The notes beneath the pieces are model-generated. The model searched no databases, was not told the DNA's origin, and saw nothing but the letters and a program-made list of their open reading frames with translations. This document shows positions 14,075-27,800 of a DNA stretch of 64,000 nucleotides, piece by piece (position 1 is the stretch's first letter; each line of letters opens with the position of its first letter). This DNA is from Glaucostegus cemiculus. Its lineage: Eukaryota. The DNA lies in contig CDPCPM010000011.1 in assembly GCA_976551045.1 (NCBI GenBank), forward strand, positions 12,338,001-12,402,000, written 5' to 3'. The position numbers and the translations under genes were made by a program.

Positions 14075-14930
14075 TACAATGGAAAATGCAGGAAATAGCA
14101 GGTCAGGCAGCATCTATGGAAAGAACAACACAGTTAATGTTTCAGGTCCAAACTGAAAAAGAAAGAAAACAAATTAATTTTTACTTATTACTAATTTACT
14201 TATGTAAGGGAGGGAATGGGTGGAACAAAGCGAATATCTCTGATAGGGTGAAACCAAATGAGTAAATGAGGCAGTTAGAGACAGATTATCCTTATTTATC
14301 TGTGTTAAACATTGCTAATACCAAGGCAGTGGGACATGTCTACTGGAGCCATAATTACAGGTAGATGACAGGCAGAATGGTAGGTTCTGTACAGATAGAG
14401 AAAAAGAGTGAGTTACAAAAATTTGGATAAATCATTATCAAGTCTTGTAGGCTACAATGTGCCTGGATGGCAAATGATGTACTGTTCCTCAAACCTGCAT
14501 TGGGCCTCATTGTATCATCACAGGAGGTCCCAGACAAAGGTCAGAGTGGGAATGGGACAGAGAATTAAAGTGGCTAGTAACCAGAAGCCCATGGTCACTC
14601 CTTCGGACTGAGTGCAGGGGCTCCACAGAACAATCATCTAATCTGTGTTTGGTTTCTGACTGCAGTGCACTAGATTGGAAGAAGTGATGACTTATTGAAT
14701 ACCTGGATGGTGGGAAGGGAAAAGGTGAAAGGACAATTGTTACATCTCCTACTGTTGCATGGGAAAATACCATAAGAGAAGGAATGGTCTTTGGGAACAG
14801 AAGGACACATCGGGCAATTGTGGAGGGAGTGATCCCTATGGAATACTGCAAGGTGATGGGAAATGAATATGTACCTGCTGATAGAATCTCGTTGGACCTG
14901 GCAGAAATTATAAAGGATGATCCATCTGCA
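14075..14930 (-). mobile_element. Decayed Penelope-like element (GIY-YIG endonuclease region plus terminal repeat)
   Basis: Minus-strand peptides GIFPCNSRRCNNCPFTFSL and ETKHRLDDCSVEPLHSVRRSDHGLLVTSHFNSLSHSHSDL resemble the Penelope Cys linker and GIY-YIG (GET.R.L..RF.EH...VA.HFN) region, with frameshifts. Confidence 0.82.
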
Positions 14931-15130
14931 GGTTTTTTTGAATTTCCCCATATTCATTAAGTTCAATTTGTACTGTGAACTCTGTAGAAGTTTATTGTGA
15001 ACATTGTTACTATAATGTTAGAGGCCAGAGTAGAAATTAGCCAGCTCTTTCAAAGGATTTAGTGGTTTATTCTCCTACAGTTTCAACCCTAAAAATGTAA
15101 TGGTAATTAAAAACAAAATCTACTTCAAAC

Positions 15131-15780
15131 TTTTTATTTACTTGTTCATGGGTTGTGAAGGTTCCAGTCCCTGAACTGGAGAGGCAGTTAAGAGTTAAAC
15201 CACATTGGCTGGTCTGGAGTCACGCAAGGGCCGGACTGGGTAAGGTTGGTAGCTTTCCTTCCCTGAAGAAGATAATAACAATAATATAAAATTTCTTTAT
15301 TAGTCACATGTACATCAAAACACACTGTGAAATTCGCCTTTTGCGTAGAGTGTTCAGGGGGCAGCCCGCAAGTGTCGCCACACTTCAGGCGCCAACATAG
15401 CATGCTCACAACTTCCTAATCCCTACATCTTTAGAATATGGGAGGAAACTGGAGCACCCAGAGGAAACCCACACAGACATGGGGAGTACATACAAACTCC
15501 TTACAGACAGCGGCTGGAATTGAACTCAGGTCGCTGGCAATGTAAAGCATTATGCTAACCCCTACACTACTGTGCCTGTTAGTGAACCAGATGGGTTTTC
15601 ATGACAATCTGATAGTTACTAGTCTTGTTTTTGAGATGAGTTTTTGTTTCAAGGATACAAAATGTTTTGAAGTACTTGAATTTAAATTCCCCAACTGCCA
15701 TGGTGGGACTTGAATTCATGCTTCTGGATCAATGGTTTAGTTCTCTATCTAGTAATTTAACCAGTAATATACTGTACCCC
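15131..15780 (-). mobile_element. tRNA-derived SINE, interrupted by a younger V-SINE
   Basis: gcagttaagagttaaaccacatt...ctttccttccctgaag precedes the insert and ttagtgaaccagatgggtttt resumes after it. A B-box-like gaattcaagtccc lies on the minus strand near 15705-15717. Confidence 0.7.
15271..15577 (-). mobile_element. V-SINE (HE1-like), tail type A
   Basis: V-core tgggaggaaactggagcacccagaggaaacccacacagacatgggg, a tRNA-like head with A/B boxes on the minus strand, and tail tttattagtcacatgtacatc. Confidence 0.88.
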
Positions 15781-16149
15781 ATTACCACACTGTTTTTCAT
15801 GGCATAATCCAAATTATAATATGTGGTTGAAATTAAAATACATTTATAACATTTCATCATGATCTGGCAATTCATTGTACAGCAAAGTTATTGGATCTAC
15901 CTCTCCAGGTGAATTCTATTCCTGTTCTAGGTAGGTTTTCAAATGTTTTGTTCTTGAACTGAAGTTTAAAAAATGCAGTATTGAATTATTATCTATACTT
16001 ATTAACATTGCTGAAGTAAAGAATAGTTTGTTTCTTTGTAGCACCAGAAATGACTTAGTTAAATTCACTGTGTCACACTCCATAGTTCACTACAGCACTT
16101 CCAACAGTAGTCTTGGCTTCATCAGTAAAGAGACTCTCATTCATACAGC

Positions 16150-16400
16150 AGAATATACCTCAAGTTCTTTATAGCCAATTAAGTATTTCTGAAGTGCAGC
16201 AGTTAATTTTCACACACAAACTCCCACAGATAATAATATGGTAATTATCAGACAATCTTTTTTCAGTTATGTTGTTTGGGTGATTAAAGAGTAGCCAGAA
16301 AACCAGGGATAACTTCTCTGCTCATGGTTGAACTTGTTCATGGAATCTTTCAAGTCCCCTGAGAGAAGTGGCTCTGCCTTGTCTTATTAACTCACTCTAA
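16150..16400 (-). mobile_element. Old Deu-domain SINE fragment (SacSINE1/AmnSINE1-like)
   Basis: atagccaattaagtatttctgaagtg...ctcccacag...ccagggataacttctctgctc...catggaatcttt resembles the reverse Deu core. Confidence 0.62.
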
Positions 16401-16414
16401 ACATGTCCCCTGAT

Positions 16415-16534
16415 CATGTCATAATATTGCAATGGAAAATGCAGGAAACAGCAGGTCAGGCAGCATCTACAGAAAGAGAACTAGAGTTTATGTTTCAGAT
16501 CCAAACTGGGAAAGAAAGAAAACAAATTAATTTT
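16415..16534 (-). repeat. Second copy of the 14061-14182 Penelope-terminal segment
   Basis: caatggaaaatgcaggaaa.agcaggtcaggcagcatcta...ccaaactg..aaagaaagaaaacaaattaatttt is shared by both copies. Confidence 0.85.
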
Positions 16535-17251
16535 GTTTAAACGATTTAGAAGCTCATATGGTTAGGTTTAGTTCTGTCTGTAGATTTACCTGATGAGATT
16601 TACTAAAAAATGAACATTTTAGCCTATAAATTGAGTCTCTTTTCCTTGCACAAGTTGCCTAAAGAACCATTTAAGCCAGAGAAGATCACCCCATTGATCA
16701 CTTCTGGATGAAGTAGCACCCATTGGGAATTCAGACCAGGCATTTCACATTAGGGCCCTAACATTTATTCAGCATCAGGTGCGCACTTAATGATATCCCT
16801 GTTTGCACAACACACATTTCCACCATCACTAACATAAACTGGAGCTCAAAGGTACAACCTACAATCTCATGGTCTAGCCTTGGTACAGTTAGAAGTGCAT
16901 GGTGCTACCTTGTTGCTTTTGTCGTTATTTCAAGGGACTCTTTAAATATCTCATTCTTGGCAGCTTCAGAACAGGCTGCTTAAACACAACACCCTATGAG
17001 GGTTTGAAGATGGATTTCTCTATGTTCTTTGTCCCCTTCTGCAATTGATGAGGCAGACCTGATAATGCACTATACATGTGCATCAGCCTTGTCATGACAC
17101 AATTCCAATCACGGTCATCTTCTGGTGAGGTGTAGATGCACAGATGTCCCTCCAGCAAGCCCCCACATCAGATTTCCTATGACCCTGGAGCCAGACTGCA
17201 GCCCGTAATGTCTGTGCCTCTTTCTGCCCCACTAAACTAATCAAAGATTCC

Positions 17252-17910
17252 TAGAATCATAGAACCAAATGGCCCACTTTGTCCATGCTGACTGTGATGC
17301 CCATTTGCTCACTTTAGGTCTATATCCATCTACCCTTTCCTGTCCAAGTATCTGAACCCCTTTTAAACATTGTAATTATATCTGCCTCCACCATCTTCTC
17401 CAATAGATATTCACCACTCTCTGTGTGAAAAACTTATCCTTCAGATCTCCTTTAAATTTCTTCCCTCTCACCTTAAAACAGTGCCGTCAATTTCTAGACT
17501 TTCCTGCCCTGGGGAAAAAATTCTATCCTACCAACAACTCTCATAATTTTATAAACCTCTAAGGTCACCTCCTCGCTTCCAACATCCCAGTGAGAATAAA
17601 TCCAGCCTATCCAGTCTCTCCTAACTATAGCCCTTCATTCCTGGCAACATCCTGGCGAATCTCTTCTGCAGTCTCTCTGTTGCTCCCACACCCTTCCTGT
17701 GGAGCGGCAATCAGAACTGTACACAATAGTCTAAGTGTGGTCTAACCAATGTTTTGTTTAACTGCAACATGAGATCCCAACTCTTATACACAAAGCCTTT
17801 GCCTATGAAGGCAAGCATACCAAAGGTGTTTTCCACTGCTCTATCCACCTGTGTCGCTACTTTTATGGAACTATGAACTTGAACGCCAAGGTCTCTTGGT
17901 ACATCAACAT
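17252..17910 (-). mobile_element. CR1 LINE 3' fragment
   Basis: Minus-strand peptide DLGVQVHSSIKVATQVDRAV...GMLAFIGKG..YKS...MLQL.KTLVRPHLDYCVQF is the CR1 ORF2 C-terminus; tail ttctatgattct. Confidence 0.9.
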
Positions 17911-20900
17911 TGCTGAAGTCCTCTTTGCTCATCCCTCATGGGGTCAGTCTCTGAGGTGGAGCTATGAGATGTCAGGTGCAATAACACACTGTAGTTTTCC
18001 CCATTATCATCAACAGCCATTCCTCCTCTGTCTCTGCGAACTCCTCTTTTGGAGAGGCTTTTCCCATAGCCTGCAAAGATAAAGCAGCATATAGCTGTGG
18101 TCATAAACTGTGCCCAATAAATCTATGCAATGATACTGATGGATAGGGTGGGGTGTGCACAGTGTGGGGATGAAGTTATAGTTTGAGTGATTAACAAATT
18201 TTGTGTGTTTTTTGAAAGAGCTGTGTTTCTATTAGTGTTGAGCTGACCATAACATATCTGTTAAGGCTACAAGATTTCTTTCAGCTTTTGCTCCAGAGTC
18301 CATAGATCCTCACCTGTGGTGAAGAATAGTTGAGTCTCTCCTGCTAGACTCTTCTAATGGTGAATGCCCTGAATCTTCAGAGGCCCCAGCACATAAATCC
18401 TCTCTCTTGACACGTATCTCATTGGTGAGCAATCCATGTACTTCTTTCCCCTGCCCCTTGGTCTCTATGGTGAATGTAACTTTAAGATCTGATGCCCTTC
18501 TCTGCTTGCTGCACAGTAAAGTGCCAGCAGCTGTGTTCAATGGAGTCTGGATCCGTCAGGAAGTATACGAGTCCTGACAAGTATACACCTGAAGGTGTAA
18601 AGCACCCTCATGCATTTCAAGCATTTTTTGCCCTGATTTTACTGGAAACCTGAATGAGTATTATATTGAAATGGAACATGGTTCAGTGCACCAAACAAAG
18701 GTGAAATCCATTTTCTAGACATTTGACTCACTTGCAGCAGTGCAATTTTAGCATTTCCCATATCCACCTTCCTATTGGCTAGGGTTGTAATTCAAGCACA
18801 GATCAGGACTGACGTGATACATATTAATGCATAACCCATTGGAAACCAGAAAAATAGAACATGTACAACGAATGTTGGTTCCTGTGCTGGGCAGGAAGGA
18901 GTACATTACTATCAAACACATCAGAGAAAAAAAAAATGGGTCTGTCTGGGGAAAAACAGTGAGGTGTTGCCCTCTGTGGTTCATCCGCCATTAAGGTGAA
19001 AAATATTGGTTATTCTGATATTAGTCTGAGCTACTACACTGATAAATTCTCTCCTGTTTGTAAGCAAGTTCATTTTATTCGTTGTGTCATCTAGATTAGG
19101 TGCCTACCACAGCTTAATCAACAGAAAGACTCCAATGTTTTCTTGTGAACCTCAATTGTGGTATTTGGAATAGATAAGAAATATTCTGATTTTCAGAGGT
19201 TACAATCAATGATAGCATTAATTTCCATAATGATTTGTTTATCTTGTACTATTTTCTTAATACGTGGAATATTACAGGACTTTCATTTCTCCCTTTATCC
19301 CTGTCGTTTGTTCTCAAACAACATATTAAATTCATTGGATTCTATATGAAATAACACATCAGTGGCATTGCAATCTAAATATACCAGGTTTATGCCATCT
19401 TATCACACCCAAAAATGATACCTTATGTCCAAATGTATGTTTTTTCCCAATTGTTTTAAACATAATTCAGAAAATAAACTGCGTTTTAATCTTAGGTATG
19501 ATTTTACTGTGCTGAGTCTGCATGCAGTTTTGTGAGGAAAAAAAGATTATTCATTTAGTAGATATTCTCCAAATGGATTTCTTAGTACACTTGGTAAAAT
19601 CAATATCTATGTCAATGTGGTCTTTAGGGAAATTCAGGCTTTTCTTTCGAGTTGTTTTGTGTGTAATGGAGCATTAGTGACATTCTGACACTGTTATTAT
19701 GCAGGATTAAAGGGAATAATGAAAGGTTACCTGACTCTCTGGTAGAAGCATTTAATCTTCAAGTAACCTGTTTCCAGTCATGACATAATGAGAGGGAGGA
19801 GCTGGAACATGGATCATTGCCCATTGATCAAGCAGTCAGTGGAGTGACAATGCATTATTTCAGTTACCAGTGTTGATGCAAGCATTGTCAGAAAATGAGG
19901 CAGCATTGAAAATAACCAAGGGGTTAGGTAACGTTCCACATTTGCGTGCAGTTTGCAACTATTTAATACCATTCTAAGAACTTGTTGCACAACAAGTCTG
20001 ATTTCACATGAAGGGAGTTTCTGTACAAGGCTCTGTCAAGGCGAGGGGTGGAAGTGGAAGAGGAATGTTGGTCAGTGGGATACTCCTGTGCAGTTTTGCA
20101 CCTTGGCTTGAGGTTGAGTCAGCAGGATGAGCAAAGACCCAGAAGCAGCCCATCAGGTTGAGTCAGAATATAGAAAGAACTGAAAGTTCTTTTTATGTTT
20201 TGGCCTGGAATTCGGACAACAGTTTCAAAGACACTCTGCCCCAAGAAAAGTTATGCCTGTGAATCTGCTAGAAGAGGTAAGCGAATGTGTAGGATGCTTG
20301 TGATAGGTTTGATTCTGGGTCAAAATCCTCGGGCTCCCTCCCTTGACTGCATCATGGGGGCACTTTGTGATATTATGAGCTGCAACATTTAGTGAACAAT
20401 CACATCAATGGAAATCCTTTGTACAGGAACTAATTACTGAGAGATAATATTAAAGACCTCAAAGACTTTAAACAATGGAGTCTCATCCCACTTTCATCCC
20501 CCACTATTAGCAATGGAGTCACCCAAGCTTTTAACTTGGGCTCCTTTTAATTTTGCACCTTTATATTACCCCTTGGTGATACCATGCAAAGTCATAATAT
20601 TAAATTCTATGCGTATACAGATGAAGCTCAAGTCCATCTCACAGCATCTCACTGGACTAATCCATTCTCTCAGAGTTATCATTCTGTTTATTCTGTTTAT
20701 CTGGCATTCAGGTTGGGTGAGCAGATATTTACTACAACTAGCTATGGGAAAACTAAGTCCAACGGTTATGATCATCACTACAAACTCAAGTCTCTGGGCA
20801 CCATTTATAAATTGAGTTAAGTCAGGCAAGTGAAGCGGTAGTGAGTAACTACTTCTGTTTACTTGTATAGGCTGTGGCCTGATATTTGCATTGGCAAGGG

Positions 20901-20996
20901 CAAATGTAGACTTCCAGTTGTACCTCATAGTGAAAGTATGCAGAATCATTGGATACTGCTTGACCTGAACTTATTCTCAAGTCTGTTCCTATAGCA

Positions 20997-21305
20997 AGAT
21001 AGATATGATAAGATATTTATTTAGTAGTCACATGAACATCGAAACACACAGCGAAATGCATCTTTTTGTATTACTGAGAATATGCTGGGGGCAGCCCGCA
21101 AGTGTCGCCACTCTTCTGGCACCAACATAGCATGCCTACAGCTCCTAACCTATAAGTCTTTGGATTGTGGGAGGAAACTAGAGCACCCAGAGGAAACTCA
21201 CACAGACACGGGGAGAACATACAAACTCCTTACAGAGCAGCAGGAATTGAACCCAGGTCGCTGGTGCTGTGATAGTGTTACACTAACCACTACACTACCA
21301 TGCTG
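20997..21305 (-). mobile_element. V-SINE, tail type A
   Basis: Same head, V-core and gggggcagcccgcaagtgtcgccac / gtcacatg tail as the 15271 copy. Confidence 0.9.
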
Positions 21306-23777
21306 CAAAGATACAGCTGGCCCTCTGAAAGTTACCTTCATTTTGAGTAGTATTTGGAATATTTTTTAATCAAGCCTTTTAATATTGTTATTGTATTCAT
21401 TCTGCATTAAAATTAATAATATATCTATTGCTGTCATACACCAATTTACAGTTCTGGAATTTAAAGTTCTCTTTAGAGATGTTAACAACAATTATTTTTC
21501 CCTTATGCTCTGCAGTCATTCTTTTGACAAATTAAAAATTGCTGTGTTTCCAATGCCATATATTAATTTTTTGATCTTCAAAAACGCGTCCAGTTATATC
21601 GATCCTTTCCAAATAATAAATCCATTATACCTGATATTGCTTCTTTAGTCTATACTTGAAATACTCTTTCAGGTTTATACTTATAAAATTGAGTACTCCA
21701 ACAATGACAAATCTGTCCTTTAAGTTAAATCATCTATTCAAACATATTTCATTTTTATTGTGCTTCCCTCCTGTTTGGGGTCCATTATTATGTTCATGAT
21801 TTTGTGATCTTTAATTTAAAACATTTTAGGGTGTCTTAGTATTTTGGAACTGTGTTAGAAATTCAAGTTGTGGCAGCACCAGTACTGGCATAGTAAGCTG
21901 TGGTGTTTGTGATGTGCTTTGATTTTTAAGGCCATGAGGATATTAGCATGGTAATTTGATCATAATATTCCTTAGCATCATAAACATGATCCTAAAACTT
22001 GTTGACGGAAGCAGTAATTGTTACTGTCAACTTTGTTTCCAAAGCACCACTGTTACTTGTTTTTTTTGTTTAAAATGGGCAGCTTAGTGCAGTATGGTGT
22101 GATGCTTATGAATGGGGATTGAAACATTGAGGCATTTGCTGCCAGGCTACAGTGAACTAATCTGTTGTTGATTACAGGGCGACTGCGTCCTGCACATACG
22201 GTATCAGGAATGGCTTAAGGGGAGTTCAATATAATCATTCTTTTTGGCTGATTGCAACCATCATTTGAATGCTGTAATGGTGTATAACTTTTTGGATGCA
22301 AATCAGACAATTTTCCCCCTGAACTAAGCTGGTTTCATTGTTGCTAACTATGAAATATCTGTAGTAAAAATAAGCCAGAGAAATTCAAGGTGAAAAATAA
22401 TCACACAGTAATTACTGGCAGAAAATATACTTGAGTGAATGTTTCCTGCAAACTCTTTTCTTTTGATAGAGCTTCCAAGTCAAAAAAAACTACCTGTGTT
22501 ATATTAAGATTGTTTTTCACAATGCCATTAACTATCCAATTAAAGATTGTTTGTGAAAATCGTTAGCGGATTTTTAACTGGAGAGATCAGTTTCCGTTTG
22601 TTCACATTGACTAAGGAGCACAATTGTGGGAGCAAATATGTGTGATATTTGGACAAAGATACAGCACATTGTAAAGAGCAGTGTTGAAAAAAAAGCAATT
22701 TTTGCCAGCAACTGGAATAAGTAATTGTGGTCAAAATTAATTGATTGCAGAGGAATTTCCAAATCTCTAGCCCTTTTGTATTTTGAAGCAATTCTGTTGT
22801 ATAGTTCGCTGAACCATGACCTGACTGCATTGCTGTCACTGTTAATGTCACAAGTTTGTGCTGTTCTAAGTATGAACCCACTGGAGGCTGGAACCCATAA
22901 TTTCCTTTGCTGGTTGTTTTACAGTTGAGAGGGTTGATGCTGGTTTAGTAGCCCCATGAAAATGTAACTCTGCAATGCTGTGACATCTTAAGATAATAAA
23001 TGATCTACATTATGATCAATGTCCTGAACTGTCACAATTTAATATGCAGTCAACAGTACAACTTCGTTGTGGAAGTGCTTTCAACATCCTTTTCTGCTGG
23101 AAGGACTAATTCTGCTGAATTAGTCCTTAAATTCACTTTTGATAGCACTGGTGCAATTACGATCCTGCTGTTTAACAGAGAAATTCAGACTTGATGCTAC
23201 AGGTGGGAGGTCCGAAGTGATCGACCAGTGTGCCAACACATTTCTGATACAGACATCCCATCACAGCATTTAATAATAAGGCAATTCAGAAGGCACTGGA
23301 AAGCTGCAATTTACCTGGGTTTCATGTTTTGCTCTCTGGCTTTTTTCTCCTTCCATTGTGTGACATGAAAAGCCTCACACCTGCATGTCCAGTCAGCCAC
23401 TCCAATCAGCAGCCTCCTGAGTTGTCAAGTAGAGAAATGAGATGACCCCTGTAGCACAACTTGACGGGCAGGTTGATGTGACATGTTCTATGTCTGGTGC
23501 ATTTTGGGTTATGTCGCATTTTCCATTTGATAAATAGCCACATCACCAATAGCATGCACAGATTCTGTTAAGGGTGGGCTACCATCTCTGGGGAAAGATC
23601 AAAACCAGGGACTTCTCCTCGTATACCTCCTCTGTTCCTTCCATGGATATTGGATAAATGTATCTGGCATAGATGTTGGATTCCCGTTCCCAGAATAGTC
23701 AACGTGATTTGAAATATTATTCTGCTGGTTGGCTTAGTCTTTGTGAATGGCTGGTTGATTGTGCTCAGGACTTCAGA

Positions 23778-24235
23778 GTCGGAATCAGAATCATTTTATT
23801 GTCACAACCATATCCACACACACAGTATGCATAGGAGCGAGATACCATCCTCCACAGGTGCACATCACATTAAATAACAAACAGAAGAGACACACTAACA
23901 CACACTAAAAAAAAACATTAAAACCACGAAAATTATATTAAATTCAGCAGGTTAAATAAATAGTTTTAAAGTGAACAAACTGGTAGCGGGCATTTAAAGT
24001 GCTGGTGCATTTCTGAGCGCCTAGCATCTTTTAGTGTTGACAGGGTAGATGGAGGAATGAGAGAGTTCACAGATCTGATGGCTTGCGGGAAGAAGCTATT
24101 GCACAGCCTGGTCGTTCTCGCCTTGGTGCATTTGAGCCTTCTTCCAGACGGTAAGAGTGTGAAGAAATGATGGGAGGGGTGAGAAGGATCCAACATTATA
24201 TTTTTGGCCTTCCTAACACATCTTCCACCTCATTT
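23778..24235 (-). mobile_element. Rex1/Babar LINE 3' fragment
   Basis: Minus-strand peptide DPSHPSHHFFTLLPSGRRLKCTKARTTRLCNSFFPQAIR is the typical Rex1/Babar ORF end; tail tgacaataaaatgattctgattc. Confidence 0.85.
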
Positions 24236-26350
24236 TTCCACCTCATGGAGGTTGTTGTAACTGTTGGTGAATGGCAGGTTGGCCAATGTGGTCAACAGTC
24301 AGTTTACAGGTACCTGTTACCTTTGTGTGGTGGCACTTAGCTGATTTGTTTATGTGATGGCTGCAGAACTATATTCTGCCGCAGAGTATATAAGAGTCAG
24401 TGTTGTCACGTGGTGTGTTCTAGCTGTGCTTCCTCATAATGTTTCAGAAAGTTTCTGGACAAGATTGATCCTTGTTTTCAGGTTTTTTTTGTCAGCTTTA
24501 GTTACAAGAGGTGAAGGGAGTCCTAAAGCCCCCAGGCTTGTAGGGTAAAGCTCATGACTAAGCTGCCTTCTCCAGAAATTCACTGAGAACTTGCCTGTTA
24601 ATGTAATCAAAAAGATGACTGAAAAGTCATAAGTGGTTTCCCCGTATGAAAAGCAAAGAAGCTCTCTGGTTGAATACTTGCTTAGAAAGATGTTAAATAT
24701 TACAGAAGATGAGACATATTTGGCCTGGAAAGATGTAGAGGGTGAACATTTGATTTGAACTAGGTATCCTTGATCTAAAATGAATAAGTTTTTCCATTGT
24801 AGGTTCTAAACAAAATAACAGATTTAGGTTGACATGGAGATTTGTGATGGGATAAGTGGGAGTGGATTATGGTACATTGTGGATTATGACCAGTTATGTT
24901 TATCAGTCATTTGCATTCACACTGGTGGGTTTAATGGGGAGCATCATGTGACAGGGTCCAAGAAAGATTAGAGGAAAAATTGAAAATGTCAGCACTAAAG
25001 AATGAGCTACAATTCCTTCTGCATGTACATTGAGTTATGACTAAACAAATGCTATGTTGATTTCCAGGTATTTATCAAATCTGTGACTTGTTTTTCTATG
25101 CTTTATTTTTTTCTCTTATCTTTAGGTTGTTTAATCTGCAAAGTTACTAAATTAATTTTAAAAAAACTTCATGTGATTTATTTAACAAAGAGCAAAAGAT
25201 GAGGATTGGGTGCAGATGCACTAGTGCACAGGACAGAAGGTCAGAGGTTCAGAGTGTCATGAATTCAGAAGACAGGACATAAAAATATCTTACCCTGTCT
25301 GTTTTGTCTGTCTCTCCCAGGAGATTACAATGCTGCGGGTGGTGGGGGGAAGTGAGGTGGGGTGCGGGTGGTCGACACAGTGATAGAAAGGAGTGTTTAG
25401 TCACGATGATTGAGCTGTCATTGTTTGGGATGGACTTGCTGAACCAGCTGTTCTTTCCCCACCTGCCAATTGCGTATATTCACTAGGAATCCTCATGCAC
25501 AGAACAATGTATAGGGCAGTGGGTCAGGACAGAGAAAGGACTGGAGGAGGGCAACAGCATGGGTGAAGAGATCTGAAGGGAAGGAATTGGTGCAGTTCTC
25601 AGAGAGTGCAGAAAGGAAAGAAAACTTTAAAAAAAGATAACAAGTTGTTATCATATGGTACTGCAATTATTATACTATTTCCATCTAAACCTTTAGTGAC
25701 ACAGAAACAAACTTATCAATGTGTATCCTCCACTTATAAATCAATGAAATATTTTTTAACTGTGCATCAGTTACAAAGTGACCATTATGTCACTCTAGAA
25801 ATAACCCGTCCATTTAAAACTACTCCCAGAATGGACTTCACAAAGCTCATCTTTGTTTACAAATACAGTGCCCACTGTAAATTCAGTGCATTTTCTAAGG
25901 ACTTCTTTGTGTAAATAATTATCAGAGTGGAGTCAGGATTTTACGGATACAGAGGAATTAGTCTGGTGTCAGAAAGACTGCTTAACATTAATCTCTGTAT
26001 CAAATAACTAGGACTGTCCAAGTGCAGGTATTTTTTTCTTTGATTGCTAACACTAAACAAAAGTATCTGTGGCTGATTTTCCTCGCCTTCCAGTCCTTCA
26101 GTACTTTTGAAGTCAAATGTGTGGAGATGATTAACCCAGTGACTGATACTCTTGCACAATTCAGCAACAACCAGAAATGAACTCTTCCCCGCTGTTCCTT
26201 CAAGGTTTGCTGACTGACATTCTCATAGTTCAGTTGATCCATTGGCTGCCAGAGGTGAGCTGAGTTTTACTACCAACTGCGGCTGAAGGAAGAATAGCCT
26301 TAGATTATGTTTTGGTGTAAGATAGCTTCTAATGGCCTCTACTACTTGTC

Positions 26351-27540
26351 TTTTGTATTTATTCAATTTCAAGATCTGAGCATTGCCGGCAAGGCCAGCA
26401 TTTATTGGCCATCCCTAATTGCCCTTGAGAAGATGGTGGTGAGCAGACTTCTTGGACCACTGCAGTCCTTTGGGAAAAGATATTCCCTCAAGGCTGTTGG
26501 CTAGGGATTTAGACCTATCAACGATGAAGGATAGGTGATGTATTTCTGTCAGGATGGTGTGAGACCTAGGACAGGTGGTGGTGTTCCCATTAGCCTGCTG
26601 CCCTTGTCCTTCTTGCTTGTAGAGATTGTGGGTTTGGGAGGTGCTGGCAGAGTAGTCTAGAGCTAGACCTAGGCAGAGTAACAGTGGATTTAGTAGATGG
26701 CACACACTGGTGGTGGAAGGAGTGGTTGTGGTGGAGATTGCTTAGGAGTCCAGCTAGGTGTCAATTAAGCAGTTGCTTTGCTTTGGATGATGTTGCATTT
26801 CTTGAAAATTGTTAGAGCTGCACTCATCCAGGCAAGTAGAGAGTATCCCATCACAGCCTATACTTGCACCTTGTAGTTAATGAAAGTCTTTGAGGTGTCA
26901 GGAGGTGACTCACTCACCTCAGGATACCTAGCCTTCCTATATGCCCTTGGAGAAATGGCTGGTCCAGTTGAGTTTCTAATCAATGGTGACCTCCAGGATG
27001 TTGATAGTTGAGGAGGGTGATGGTAGTGCAATTGAATGCCAATGGTTAGCCTCTCTCTTGGTGGAAATGGTCATTATCTGACACTGTTGTGGCAAGAATG
27101 TTACTTATCATTTATCAGCCCATGCCTAAATATTGTCCAGGTCTTGATGCACGTGGGCATGGGCTACTTCATTTGCTGAGGAATTGTGAATGGAATTGAA
27201 TATTGTATTTTCTGAAAATAGCCACACTTCTGATCTTATGATGGTAGGCAGGTCATTGATGAAGAAGCTGAAGATGTTTGGGCCTAGGACACTGTCCTGA
27301 GGAACTTCTGCAGTGATGTCCTGGGATTGGGGTGACTGACCTCCAACAACTGCAACCGTCTTCTCTTCTGCAAGGTATGACTCCAACCACCAAAGTGTTT
27401 TCCCCGTTATGCCGATTGGCATCAGTTTCACCAAGGTCCCTCAATGCCTTGGTCAAATTTGGTCAAATGCTGCCTTGTTACTAAGGACAGTCAGTCTTGC
27501 CTCACCCGTGGAATTCAGCTCTTTGGCTTATGTTTGGATT
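26351..27540 (-). mobile_element. Non-LTR retrotransposon (CR1/L2-group) fragment: RT remnant plus 3' UTR
   Basis: Minus-strand peptide GITGKTLWWLESYL...VVGGQSPQSQDITAEVPQDSVLGPNIFSFFINDL carries the RT motif GVPQGSVLGP; the 3' end is gggcaattagggatggccaataaatgctggcc. Confidence 0.85.
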
Positions 27541-27559
27541 TTCATCTGCAATTTTTACT

Positions 27560-27800
27560 TTATGTGGATTTGAGGTATAGGATCAGCCATGGTCTTACTG
27601 ATGGATACAACATGCTCAAGGAGTTAAAAAATATTGTTCCTGCACTCTTAAGTATTTTCCTACCAGACTGCTGGAATGTCAGCTGATAACAGCTACAAAC
27701 TAAATGTTGGTAAAGGAGATTACTGTAGATAGGTACTTGATGATTGGCATTGACATGGTGGCCAAAGGACCTGTTTCTGTGTTGTATGACTCTATGAACC
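27560..27800 (+). mobile_element. Two short CR1 3'-end fragments
   Basis: ggatcagccatggtcttactgatgg... and gacatggtggccaaaggacctgtttctgtgttgtatgactctatga. Confidence 0.6.

Noticed and set aside
15500-15577. tRNA-like A/B boxes as tRNA genes (also near 21240, 49255, 56815)
   Set aside because: They are SINE heads fused to V-cores; no complete cloverleaf.
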